A DNA stretch of 64,000 nt from Carcharhinus amblyrhynchos. Its lineage: Eukaryota. The stretch lies in NCBI GenBank assembly GCA_965287045.1, contig OZ336877.1, positions 105,028,001-105,092,000 on the forward strand, read 5' to 3'. Below the pieces are notes generated by a model. That model had not been told where the DNA came from. It saw nothing but the letters and a program-made list of their open reading frames with translations, and ran no database searches. This document shows, piece after piece, positions 24,925 to 37,241 of the stretch (its first letter is position 1; each line of letters begins with the position of its first letter). Position numbers and translations under genes: made by a program.

Positions 24925-25232
24925 TGGGTGGCACAGTGGTTAGCACTGCTGCCTCACAGCGCCAGTGACCTGCATTCGATTCCTGGCTTGGGTCACTGTC
25001 TGTGTGGAGTTTGCACATTCTCCCCGTGTCAGCGTGGGTTTCCTCCGGGTGCTCCGGTTTCTTCCCACAGTCCAAAGATGTGCAGGTTAGGTGGATTTGC
25101 CATGCCAAATTGCCCCTTGGTGTCGGGGGACTAGCTCACCTAAATGCATGGGGTTATGGGCCTGAGTGGGATTCTGGTTGGTGCAGACTCAATGGGCCGG
25201 ATGGCCTCCTTCTGCACTGTATGATTCTATGG
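24925..25232 (+). mobile_element. HE1 V-SINE, near full length
   Basis: Canonical head, V-domain and the tail gatggcctccttctgcactgtatgattctatg. Confidence 0.9.
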
Positions 25233-25239
25233 AATAAAA

Positions 25240-25670
25240 AAGAAAACTCGGAATACAGATAGGCAGGCTAAAGAATACACCAGATAAACTCAGAAGTAAT
25301 GACTCAGGTATTATATAACTGCTTTGCCTCAGTATTTCCCACAGTGGACTTGACATTAGGAGGAGGCATTAAAAGAGAAGGTATTTAAGATACAAAGAGG
25401 GGAGATGACTGATCAGTGAGTCAAATTTGCAGAGGATAAGGCTCGTTGTCCTGATAAATTGCATTTATGCAAAATTAAGTGATGGAAGTGAGAAGGGATA
25501 TGCAAGTTAAAAAAAACTTTAGGAAAGGGAGAAGTGCCAGGTTTAGCAGGCAAATGATGTGATTCCCACCCAGAAACTCACAGATAAAACAAGTTCAGGA
25601 AACCATGGACCAATTAGCTTAAAACTACTATTAAGAAATATAATAGATTTGGAACATAGTTTTGGAACAT
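25240..25670 (+). mobile_element. Highly decayed CR1 ORF2 fragment
   Basis: aactgctttgcctcagtattt and ggaaaccatggaccaattagctt (FASVF and GNYRPISL-like remnants). Confidence 0.55.
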
Positions 25671-27119
25671 AGTTCTCTGCTTCCCCAAATCCTTTTGCAT
25701 TCCAACTTTCTCCTTTCCCATTCCTTTCTTTCCACTCGCTTCTCCATTGATGCTGAAATGTTCTTCTCTCAAAATCCTTCATTAACATTCACAATAATGC
25801 TGACATGTCTCCCTTCTTGCTTTCAGTGAATCAATGTACTTTCCAATCCCCCCTCCCCTTAGTGAATCACTGTGTTGCCTGTATTACAAAGCCCTGCTTC
25901 CAGTTTTGTCCATCTCCTTTTCCTCCACCCTTTATCTACATCCTTCCTTTTTCATTTACAGCCCTTCTTTCTCTTGCCTTTCCACTTTTCCCATTCTGCA
26001 GTCCACTATAATTCTCCCTGACCACTCTGTGCATTTAACCACTCTGCTCTGTCCATGTTTCCTTTCCCCCTTTACTTTTGTCCTCTTACTCTGAATCCCT
26101 CATCACACAGCCTTTTACTTTCCCTCTGTTCCCAATGCTAAAGTCCATCCCTATCCAAATCTTGCCTCTTGGGACTTTTCCTGCTTGTAGTATGCTGTGG
26201 CTTGAATAACTTCAATCAACAGAGGCTTCAGTGGAAGATACGTAACCTTATTGCATGAGGACTGGTTCATCTGCTCCAGCCTGCTGGAGACTTCTTCAAG
26301 TACAAAGTGGGCAGATTTCTGAAAGGTTGGAAGATCCCGCAACTTTTCACTGCAAGCCACTTGGTTAATGCTACAATGACACTTGACCAACAATGGAAAA
26401 CGCAAGCATCACTTTCTACATTCACATGTGAAGAGTGACCGCACTGGACAAGACAATGGGCAATTAGCAACGTACAACCAAGAGGAACACAAATTGGCAA
26501 AATTGAGAAGATAGGAACTGCTTCCAATCTGGGGAAACCACAATGGCTAATGTAAGAATTTTAATAAGATAACATAGCACCATTTGTAGGCTTTGCGCTT
26601 GACAAAGTTAAATCAAGTTGTGCCTTTCTTACTCCAGTAATTGTATCTGTTTACTGCAGAACTCATTAGCAGTTTGAATGTTTTTTAACAAAGATTAATG
26701 GGAAGCACTTTTCATTAATAATGTTTGCTTATTAATTAATGTGTGTTGGCAAAGCAACTCTGAAGGTCAAATATGATAAAGAAACTCATTACTCAACATC
26801 AGGAGTATGTCAGTGTGAAGAACGATACATTAAGCCTATTTGTTGATGAAGCTCAGACTTAAACCAGTCTCCAGAACAGCCCTAAATAAATAAATTCCCA
26901 TGAACTGAGAACATAGTTCAGCCTCTGGTAGAATATAAAGAAGTCAACTATGATGGAAAATTGAATTCATTAGTGCTTATCCATTTTTCCCCCACTGGAG
27001 TCTTTTTAACAGTGTTTCAATGCAAGTGCTAATTGATATTTAACTTTATGTGCATGGAAACCGGTAAAGTAACCTTGTACAATCCAATAGTGTACACACA
27101 TCACTTCTTTTGTAAGCTT

Positions 27120-27480
27120 TTTTTTATTAATTCGTGGGACATTGGCTTCGCTGGCTGGCCAACATTTATTGCCCAATCCTAGTTGCCCTTGAATTGAGTG
27201 GCTTGTTCGGCCATTTCAGAGGGCAGTTGAGAGTCAACCACTTTGCTATGGCTCAGGAGTCACATATAGGCCAAACCACATGTGTTAGGTTGATTGGCCA
27301 CGCTAAACTGACACTAGTGTCAGGGGATTAGCAAGTCAAATATATGGCGATGCAGGGATAGGGCCTGGGTGGGATTGTGGTTGGTGCAGACTTGATGGGC
27401 CAAATGGCCTCCTTCTGCACTGCAAGGATTCTATGACAAGATAAGGACAGTAGGTTTTTTTCCCTAAAGGGCAGTAGGTA
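27120..27480. mobile_element. Second tRNA-SINE family (-) interrupted by the 3' half of an HE1 SINE (+, ~27280-27435)
   Basis: Reverse complement of the 58460-type tail on both sides of an HE1 tail segment. Confidence 0.7.
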
Positions 27481-27613
27481 TGCGACACTTAAGTTATATG
27501 TGGTGTGTTAATTCAGGATGCCACCACTGAAATGTATTTCCCTCTCTCATATACAGATTTGAAGCACTTATTCCTCATTTAGCACAAAATTGGAACTGTC
27601 AGACAACAAAGCT

Positions 27614-28333
27614 GGGCCGAAATTCTCCAAAAAAATTCCAAGTGTCAAATTTGCATAAAAACTGGACTAATTCACACCTTTTTTTTCCCGTGGGTGTTCA
27701 GAGAAGAATCTCCCACACTCTGTGCACTGCAGAGGAATATAATTAGATTTCAGTTGTTGGGGTCCATTCCCACTGGAGAGGCTGAAATCAGCGCGCTGAG
27801 CAGGGCCACTGCGCATGCGCCGGCCTGCTGGTGCTGAGACTGGCGCATGCAGAGTGGCCCCGCATTGCCAGCCTCCCAATTGCTGACCAGCTCAATTGCT
27901 GGCCAACCCCGCGACCCACATGATGTTGGCTTTCTGACTCCCCCCATCCCCCCCCTTGGCTTGATCATTGACTATTCCCACGCCCAGCCTCCCCCTTCCC
28001 CTCCCCAGCCCACCTGATCTCCAGCTACTTCCCCAACCATGATAATTACATCCCGTAGTCCCGACTGCTCCCCCTCCATAGTGCCAACTCCCCTGCGCAC
28101 CCCTCTCCCCTGCCCCGATTGCTGGCCTCCTTCCCCCACCGATCCTGACTGCAGAGGAGCCCACTAATTGTACGTAAAAGATATTTAACTGAATATTTAA
28201 ATCATTTCCTCGCCTCCCCACCGATTTAGGGTGGGGAGTACATGACACGGGAAATCCAATGCTGGACAATCTATTGTGGCGAGAACACACGTGCAAATCC
28301 CACGTTTCACCTACCGCGAGATTCTCCCAGCCC
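27614..28333. mobile_element. Longer non-autonomous DNA transposon (GGGC.G.AATTCT-type TIRs)
   Basis: gggccgaaattctcc ... gagattctcccagccc with a GC-rich interior. Relatives at about 30246-31078 and 43085-44360. Confidence 0.6.
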
Positions 28334-28476
28334 AGAGTCGCAGCCCTGGATAGGAAGTGAAGCTTGGGAAGGTAAATTGGTGTTGATGCCCCTTCCCATA
28401 TGATAAAGCCTTCCAGCATTCACTAGCAATGACTGCCCATAGAGAAAGAACATTTGAGCCCATTTGGCTTCCCCAG

Positions 28477-28760
28477 CTCCCCTCCATCTCCCCCCCCACC
28501 ACCCCTCCCCGCCCCCAACCCCTCCCCAACCCCCCCCACACCCCACCACCCTTCCCCAACTACCCCTCTCCCCCACCACCCCACCACCCCTCCCCCCTAC
28601 ACCCCACCACCCTTCCCCAACTACCCCTCCCCCCACCACCCCTTCCCCCCCACACCCCCCACCCCTCCCCCCACACCCTCCACCCCTCCCCCCACCACCC
28701 TTTCTCCCACCACCCCTCGCCACCCCCTCCCCCCCCACCCCTTCCCCCCCACCACCCCCA
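28477..28760. repeat. C-rich low-complexity tract with an internal ~40-bp direct repeat
   Basis: C-runs punctuated by A/T; ccccaccacccttccccaactacccctc occurs twice. Confidence 0.9.
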
Positions 28761-30245
28761 CTGCTTTCCTACTCCAGTCTTGCTATGTCACAGTGCTAAT
28801 TTTGTGGAAAGTGGGGAATACAGGCTTCAGAGCAGCAAATGAAAGAGGGGAAAAGTATTTCAAAAATGGCATCCCGAAAAGCTGCACCACATGTTAAGGT
28901 TACCCGAGCAATCTTAATCTGAAGCGTACAGCACGACTGCATGTAGAGAAAGCTAATTTTGGTCATGTATCCTGAAGCTGGTACCCATGGAAACAAGAGA
29001 CACTACTTTCACGAGAGGAGAGGACAAAAACCTTGGTTACCAGGCGGTTACGAAAAAGAAACTAATAGCTGTGTACCTCCTAAAGGATTCACAACACGAA
29101 CAGAAAAAAATATGCGTGAACTGTTTTCTTGAAGCTTCAGTTATGCAGATTCATTCAGTGTCTCAATGCAACTGTATGTGGCAATGGAATAAATATGTGG
29201 CTCATAAGTTTCCAAAATCAGATAGGGTGCAGAAATAGAGAGTCTTGGTGAGTTGATACAAAGATTGTAATCACAAGTATGAGGTCTCACAGGGCAGGGA
29301 AAGGAAAGGGAAAAGGAAGAATGTCTTAGGGAAAACTTGGATTGATGGCTGGAGACATGATGGAGAAAAGGGGCTGGACTTTCTCAAAAATACTCTAAGT
29401 TCTGAATTGGCAGGAAAACTGGTGTAATTCATGATCGTTTATTCAGTGGGAGTTCAGACTCAATAAGGTGCCGCACAAAGATTAACATGCAAGTTGGAGT
29501 CGTGGGTTACATATTGACATTGTTGGGGAACTTGCTAATGGGCAGGAAGTAGAAGGGAGGGATAAGTGCAGTATTTTCAAGTTGGCAAGTGTGACTGGTG
29601 AAGCATTGCAAGAATTACAACTAAAAAAACATTGTTTCTGTAACGAGGTTAGTTAGTCTTGGAAAAATGTAAAATTTTGGAAACCAGAAGTAGAAAAACC
29701 GGAAATACATAGGAGATCTTGTCATATATAAACAAATAAATATGTGGAATAACTTTATGGACATACACAATTCAGAAGAATGGAGGAAACCCTTAATTAG
29801 TTCGAGCATGCAAAATGGTGGGCAAGGAAAAATGAGTTGCCATCAAAAATGCATAAAGCCAGGAACATTATGACTTCCTTTCATTAGGAAGGATCACAAA
29901 CAAATAATTTACCACATAATGGAGATGTATAGGTGCAAATTGCAGCATTCCTGGCTTTGCCAATTAAAGAAAAGATACATGCAAATTCCTTCTGATGATT
30001 AAGCCAGCAGGTGAGGTTTATGATAATTAAGCTATGCAATTAGACAGCCTATGAGCTTGTAGACTAAAGTTTAGCATGACCAAACACCCTGGGGTCCCAA
30101 GGGCAGTTCAACAAAGGAAGTCAGCATGTCCACTGCTAAGGTTCCTCACTAAAATATTCACTCAGCTTTTGGCTGAGCCAACTATGTCTAAAGCTCCGTG
30201 AGCTGGTGGCAAACGTTGAAAATCACACAGCTCGATACAGATTCT

Positions 30246-31078
30246 TGGGGGCGATTCTCCAGCCCTATGTGCACAGACACAAATGGAATTATGGCTGGAG
30301 ACTCTCCCGAGAGGGGCCAAATGAAATCTGGCCGGGAGAACTCATTTTGAGATTCTCCTTACTCCGAGCCGTGGAGTCTGGTTCACACCCAAACAGGGTT
30401 TGAGCCTGATTCACATTTTTAAATCCTCATTTAAATATGCATTTTCAGGTTTATGCTGGATTCTTCTGGTTCCCGGGATTCGCCCGCCTGCTGGGAAGCC
30501 AGCAGGAATCACCACTGCTCTCCCCAGAGAACAGATGTGATGACCATGCTGTGGGACTCCGAGGCCATTGGAGACACCCCCCCCCCACCTGGGTGGTCAG
30601 GCGCATGACTGGGCAGTGTACTGGCACTGCCCCCTCCTGGCAGTTTCAATCTGACAAGTGCCAATCTGGGGTTCAGCTGAAGGGGGCATGAGGGTGGGTC
30701 CTGATGGGCATCATGGGGTGCATGAAAGGGGAGAGGGTGGGTTCCTTTGACAAATCCATAGTGGAGGTTTGCTCACAAGGTGAGGGACATTAACAGCAGC
30801 GATGGGAGGCATGCTGATGCCAGCAAGTGGGGTTCTTTACAGGCGAATGGGGTGGGAGATTTATCGGGTTGTCTGTAAATTTTGGCACCCTTTATTAGGA
30901 CTGGATGTCTCTTCCCCTGCGGCAATCACCGCAAGCTCCAAAACAAATGTTTAAATTGGGTGGATTATGATCTGCATCACCCACCCGGCAGGAGTCACAT
31001 AGTTTTTCCCACCGGGCATTACACTTGCAAATTTTTTGGAAGAACTGCACCCACAATGAAATCTGGATGCTTAGAATA
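30246..31078. mobile_element. Non-autonomous DNA transposon relic
   Basis: Terminus gggggcgattctcc; interior resembles the reverse complement of 27614-28333 (ggcattacacttgcaaattttttggaagaactgcaccc). Confidence 0.55.
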
Positions 31079-31462
31079 AATATCTATGCAAGGAGTGAAG
31101 AAAACAAAATCCACGTTTATTTTGCATCTTATCGAGTGCACAGCAGGTCACAAATGGATTCTTTGACATTTAGACAATTATTATATATGCAACATAATCA
31201 TGGCAAAAAACAAAAGACAAAAAACGGTTTCAGGGCAGTTTGCTCTCCATTTGGTAACCGAACCCTTCCAAGTCCTTTTCAATCTATGAGAAGTACCATG
31301 AAAATGCAATTCCAAATTCACTCGTGTGCCGTGGGATTTTACTGTCACAGGAAGCTAATTTTTCAGGCCAGATTTTCTCTGATGAAAGAGGGATGACTTC
31401 CAGGAGCCCTTCCACTCTGCTCTCAGCAAATCCCGTCTGTTCCTGTCATTCGCTGCTGATAG

Positions 31463-31484
31463 GGAGAGAGAGAGAGAGAGAGAG
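31463..31484. repeat. (GA)n microsatellite
   Basis: About 11 GA units. Confidence 0.9.
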
Positions 31485-31879
31485 CGAGCAAACTAACAGA
31501 GTGGCTGGCTGCCAGCCTCTTCCTCAGTGGTAAATAGATGGCTGAAACCTTGCCCCCAGGCTGTCAACCACCACAATTAGCTGAGGCAAGAAGAGCCAAT
31601 ATGACAGCTGCTTTTTAGACCATCACCCCCGTGCCAGGTAATTCTGCATCAGAATCTACCTTCAGATGCTGACATTTGATATCATTAAATGCTGAATAAA
31701 TGTAGAAGTTACAAAGTAACTTCCACATTTATTCAGCATTTGTACTGATTAAAATATACCTTTAATCAGTTCACTGCCATTCTGTTGAGGATACTCATGT
31801 CTAGTCATGCGTGAGAATGGTTCCTTCAGACTTGAATAGCGAACACCCAGTGAGTGGAGACAGCGGCGTCCCAGCAAGG

Positions 31880-33145
31880 TCACTGGATTAGTACTCAAGA
31901 GGCCCGGCTAATGTTCTGCAGATGTGGGTTCAAATCCCACCATGGCAGCTGGTGGAATTTAAATTCAATTAATTGAAACAAAAATCTGGGATTCAAAGCT
32001 AGACTCAGTAATGATGACTGTGGCCGGAATCTTACCGGCACGCCCACGCCCGATTCCGGGGGCAGGCGAGGCTCGGAGAACGGCATGCTCCGTTGGCCTC
32101 GGGCAGGGTCGTACGAACCTCAGACAGACGTGCTGGTAAAATTCTAAAACTTACATTGATTGCTGTTAAAAACCCATCTGACTCACTAATGTCCTTCAGG
32201 GAAAGAAATCTGCCATCCTTACCCAGTCTGACCCCCACATGCAAGTCCAGAGTCATAGCAATGTGATTGACTCTGAACTGCCCTCAGGGTAATTAGACAA
32301 ATGCTGGCCTTATCAATGATACCCAGATCCCATGAAGGGGCAAAATATAATAAGAACATGCCCTCTCAATTTATTCAAAGGACTTCTAACAATATTAACA
32401 CGCTAACAACTTCTGATCTTAACAGTCATTGTATGTTTTGTCATAGAATCCGTACACTACAGAAAGAAGCCATTCAGCCCATTGACTCTGTACCAACCAC
32501 AATTCCACCCGGGTCCTATTCCAGTAACCCCACATATTTAGTCTGCCAACTCCCCTGACATTAGGGTCAATTTAGTATGGCCAACCAATCTAACTCACAC
32601 ATCATTGGACTGTGGGAGGAAACCGGAACACCCAGAGATAATCCACGCAGACACAGGGAAAATGTGCAGACTCCACACAGACAGTGACACAAGGCCAGAA
32701 TTAAACCCAAGTCACTGACGCTGTGACTGCGAACCACTGTGTCACCATGCCACCTCTTGTCAGCCAACAAGAGCTGGTAATGGAGGTCAGCTATATCACA
32801 ACCAGATGGTGGTGTAGTAGTATTGTCACTCGACTAGTAATCCAGAGACCCACAGTAATTCCCTGGAAACATGGGTTCGAATCCCACCTTGGCAGATGGT
32901 GAAATCTGAATTCAATAAAAATCTGGAACTAAATGTCTAATGACGACCACTGTCGATTGTCGCAAAAACCCATCTGGTTCACTAATGTTGTTTAGGGAAG
33001 AAAATCTGCTGTATTTACGTGGTCTGTAATACATGTGACTCCAGATCCACAGCAATGTGGCTGACTCTTAAATGCCCTCAGGGGTGGGCAATAAACATTG
33101 GCCCAATCAGCGATGCCCACATCCCATCAATGAATAAAAACAATA
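31880..33145. mobile_element. SINE cluster: second-family SINE (+, 31880-32340, with a MITE at 32021-32147), HE1 (-, 32440-32752), second-family SINE (+, 32806-33145)
   Basis: Similarity to 58460-58805 and to HE1 copies; B-box gggttcgaatccc at about 32874. Confidence 0.78.
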
Positions 33146-33986
33146 CAGAAGTGGGTTCAATTCCGGCCTTGGGTGACCATGTGAAGGGCAGAGTATCCAG
33201 CCTCCAGCTGGTAATTATAGTTATGTCTATTTAAATGTGTAGCAATCAGTTTCTCAGCCAATCCAGGTGGGAATGTGATCGGGGCAGATGCAGCGGGATG
33301 GGAGACTCGCAATAGATTGGATGCCTGGCAAGAATCCCGATTTGGCCTTCTTGCCCGATTCAACAGGCCACTGGAATTTCCAGCCAGGGCTAGCGGCCCC
33401 GGGGTATCATCCCATGTGTTTTATTTTTAAAAAGGAGATAAATCCATCCTACATATCCTCTAAACAGCTGCCAGGCCGGACTGAATCTTATCCCATCAGC
33501 ATTCCAAAATTGCTGAAAATGAAACTCTGACGAGCATCTCTGCTGTTTGACTTCCAAACCTTTTTCAGACTCTATCTCTGCATAATCCTCAGTAACCAGG
33601 GGGCACCTGTCAATTTCAGGCAGCACAGACATTTGAGATAAAAGGGAAGCCCATTGCAACTTGCCACTCTCAGTGCCCTCTATAACCAGGCAGCAGACAG
33701 CCCATTAACTTTGCAAATTGTTTCTGCTCTCTGCTGACAATCCTCATCCCCATCTAACTGCTGACGGACAATACGGATCTAAGCAAGCTGGGCAATGGTC
33801 AGAGCTTAGTGCAGGATTTTGCGATTTCAGCTTCATGGTCACAATCCATACAATGGAAAATGCAAACGTGTGAATTAGAATCAGGAATAGACAACTCAGC
33901 CCTTTGAGAATGTTTCGCCATACAATAAGACTGTGGCTGCTCTGACTGTAACCTCAATTCTACATTTCTGCCTAGCCCTGATAACC

Positions 33987-34602
33987 TGGTGGCACAGTGG
34001 TTAGCATTGCTACCTCATGGCACTGGAGGCCCAGGTTCGAGTCCAGCCTTTGGTGTCTGTGTGGAGTCTGCACATTTTCCCCGTGTCTATGTGGATTTCC
34101 TCCAGGTGCTCCAGTTTCCTCACACACTCCAAAGGTGCGCCATGCTAAATTGTCCCTTGGTGTCACAACGTATGTAGGTTAGGGGGATTAGTGGGGTAAA
34201 TACATGGTCACGGAAGAAGGGCCTGGGAGGGATGCGGAGAGTCAGTGCAGACTCGATGGGGTGAATGGCTTTCTTCTGCATTGTGGAGATTTTATGACTC
34301 TTAGAATCATAGAATCCCTATAGTGCAGAGACCCAGATGCGAGTCCTGGCTTGGTGACTGTGTGGAGATTCTATGTTCTCCCCATGTCTGCATGGGTTTC
34401 ATCCGGGTGCTCCGGTTTTCTCCCACAGGCCAAAGATGTGCAGGTTCGGTGGACTGGCCATGCTAACTTGCCCCTTAGTGTCTGGGAGACTAGCAGGGTA
34501 TATACAGGGGGTTACGGGGATAGGGCCTGGGTGGGATTATTGTCAGTGCAGGCTCAATGGGCCAAATGGCTTCCCTCTGCACTGTCGGGATTCTATGATC
34601 TT
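33987..34602 (+). mobile_element. Two tandem HE1 V-SINEs separated by an inverted tail fragment
   Basis: Copies at 33987-34300 and 34330-34602. Confidence 0.85.
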
Positions 34603-34659
34603 CTCTGATCCTTCAGCCTTAATTCTCAGACAGCCAGAGGTTCAAATACATAATTTCTT

Positions 34660-35315
34660 GAAAATACAGGTGCAGGAAGATGAAGTAATATAAAAAAAGC
34701 CAACAGCATTTTTGCTTATAAACAGGAACATAAGGTGGAAGAGTAAAGATGTAATTATCAATTTGCGCAAAACATTGGTTCAGCAACTGAGTGTAGCTTT
34801 AGGCACCCTATTATAGAAATAACATTAAAGCACAGAGTAAACAGCGTGGATTCACCAGTAATGGGAAAATATATCACAAGGTGAGCCTTGAGATACTGGG
34901 AGTATTTCTACTGGAACTGAGAAGGCTGAGTAGGTTTAACACAGATTGTTAATATCAGGCAACAATCCAATAGAGTGAACAGACAATTTTTATTGTTTGG
35001 GAGGCAGTGATAAGTGGTCCTCAATATAAAATAATATATGTGAACATTAGAAAATAGGTTAGTAAAGCTTCTTTGTGCAGAGAGCGAATCTTGCCTGAGG
35101 GATGGAGGAAGAAGTGGGGTGGCGTTGTTTCAAAGACATTTTTTCTCCCGAAGTTTTTTGTAGAGTGATTGTTATCCCACAGGAAGTTATTGAGGAAGTT
35201 ATTGAAGAATACATTGAAGATTGGGACAGTTGAATTAATTTTGGAATGGTCTCGTAATTAGCTGATGCCAACATGATGAGTAGAATTTCTTCCTTCTGTG
35301 CTACGAAGATCTATC
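34660..35315 (+). mobile_element. Very old CR1 3' fragment
   Basis: aaaacattggttcagcaactgagtgtagc...tttctactggaactgagaaggctgag. Confidence 0.55.
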
Positions 35316-36177
35316 GTTTTGCTTGCTTTGTTGCTAACAGGCAGGCCTGGGTAGAGCTGCTTATTCTTTTCAAGGTTCAAAGTCTAATTGCTGTAACTTC
35401 CTGAAGCCAGTCAGGGGCTAATTGCACTTGGAGACCTTTTGAATGATGAGGTCAATTAGTAATCATCTGGACTTTCTTTCTTGATTACAAATTATAGTGT
35501 TTCTTTATATAAATGTCACAATGAATTTGTGCATGTAAACAAACTGACATACCCCATAGTATGATGGGCACGTTCTGTACTACATTTACAAAACTTTTAT
35601 GTTGGTAGATATTGGCCAGAATTCTCCCATCCCGCCAGCCATTGGAATTTTAGAGGGCAGGCTGTGGATAATGTGAAAGTCCGTTGATAGTCGGGCAAGA
35701 ATTTCTGGCTTTTAGACCAGTAGGGCTGGAGAATTCTGCCCTTTGTTTCATTTTAAAATAACAGCTGGAATTCTACAACTATTTACGCTGGTGAGATCTT
35801 CTGATCCAAGATCAACACTTTAAAATAAATTGAAACATGACTGATATTTCATTTCAAACATTAAATGAAGTGACAAATGAAAAATGTGATTAAAATCTTC
35901 TATCTGCCCATTGTCACTATGTTTGTAGTTTGCAATTTGAACCATGTACAGCAGCTTCTGATTTTAGATTTCAAAAGCAACTCAATGTATCAGGGATCAG
36001 AATGTTTAAAATATCTGCCTTCTGGACAAGGTTTGGCAATATCTTCTATAGGAAATTCCACTACAGCAGACAGACCAGAAGATCTTGCCACGAGTGAACA
36101 GTGCACTGTCTCCCGTCAGGGAAATATGAGGGAGGGAGGCCAGAAAATCTCCCTCTCCCCCACAACCTAGACGACTT

Positions 36178-36472
36178 AGAATCATAGAAACCCTACAGTG
36201 CAGAAATGGGCCATTTGGCCCATTGAGTCTGCAGAGACAACAATCCTACCCAGGCCCCATCCCCTTAATCCCATATATTTGCCCTGCTCATCCCTCTAAC
36301 CTATGCATCCTGGGACACTAAGGAAGAATTTAGCAAGGCCAAACAACCTGACCCACATCCAGACAAAACCCACGCAGACATGGGGAGAATGTGCAAAAAC
36401 CACACAGACAGTGACCCAAGGCCGGAATCAAACTCAGGTCCCTGAACTTGTGAGGCACTGTGCCACTGTGCC
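36178..36472 (-). mobile_element. HE1 V-SINE with internal deletions
   Basis: Reverse tail tagaatcatagaaaccctacagtgcagaa and reverse head cactgtgccactgtgcc. Confidence 0.82.
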
Positions 36473-37011
36473 TTCCCCTCTAATAACAAATTTAAATTTA
36501 TGAAACCGAGGGTGAAATATTAACCCCCAAACTGAAAAGGGTTGGATCATGTGAAATGGAAAAACATTTTTTTGAAAAGATAAAACCCGGACCCAACCCA
36601 TCTCAAGTCACCATCCTCTTCCAGTTTTGATGGTCGCAGATCAGAGGGCATCTAACTAACCTGCTCCCAGGAGATGGGTTGCTCGTATAAATATTGTAAT
36701 CAAGCTGCATGTCTCAGATTTTAACTTAAAGTGAATACCAAAACAACAACAACAAACATTGCTGGAACATAAGAACTAGGAGCAGTAGTAGGCCATCTGG
36801 CCCCTCGAGCCTGCTCCACCATTCAACAAGATCATGGTTGATCTTCTCATGGATTCAGCTCCACTTATCCGCCCGCTCACCATAACCCTTAATTTGTTCA
36901 CTGTTCAAAAATTACCTATCCTTGCCTTAAAAACATTCAGTGAGGTAGCCTCAACTGCAGGGAGTTCCAAAGATTCAAAGAAGCAGGCAGCATCGGTAAA
37001 ACAAAGAGAAG

Positions 37012-37241
37012 CAAGAACAGAAAATGCTGGAAAATAGCATCTGTGGAGAGAATATAGAGCCAACGTTTTGAGTCTGGATGAACCTTTGTCAGAGCGAAGC
37101 TGACCAGCTCTGATGAAGGGTCCTCCAGAGTCAAAACTTTGGCTCTATTCTGTCCTTACTGATGCTGTCAGACCTGCTACAAGTTTCCAGCCTTTTCTGT
37201 CTTTGTCTCAGATTCCAGCATTCGCAGTATTTTGCTTTTAG
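37012..37241 (+). mobile_element. Penelope-type inverted-repeat insert with 14-bp TSD
   Basis: Same architecture as 23281-23524. TSD aaaacaaagagaag (36998-37011) / aaaacaaagggaag (37242-37255). Confidence 0.75.

Noticed and set aside
24925-25000. tRNA-like A/B boxes at SINE heads
   Set aside because: They continue into SINE bodies and are not functional tRNA genes.
24560-26150. Purine-rich (24560-24900) and pyrimidine-rich (25680-26150) tracts
   Set aside because: Low-complexity compositional bias with no real complementarity or periodicity that I could establish.
26247-26318. 72-nt minus-strand segment with tttcag|...AAG|gttacg boundaries (KSAHFVLEEVSSRLEQMNQSSCNK)
   Set aside because: Wrong phase for this phase-2 intron (splicing would create TAA at once), a weak donor, and no similarity to ADGRB proteins.
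28307-28897. Long Pro-rich and Gly-rich ORFs (up to 147 aa) on both strands
   Set aside because: Artefacts of the C-rich low-complexity tract, which lacks stop codons.
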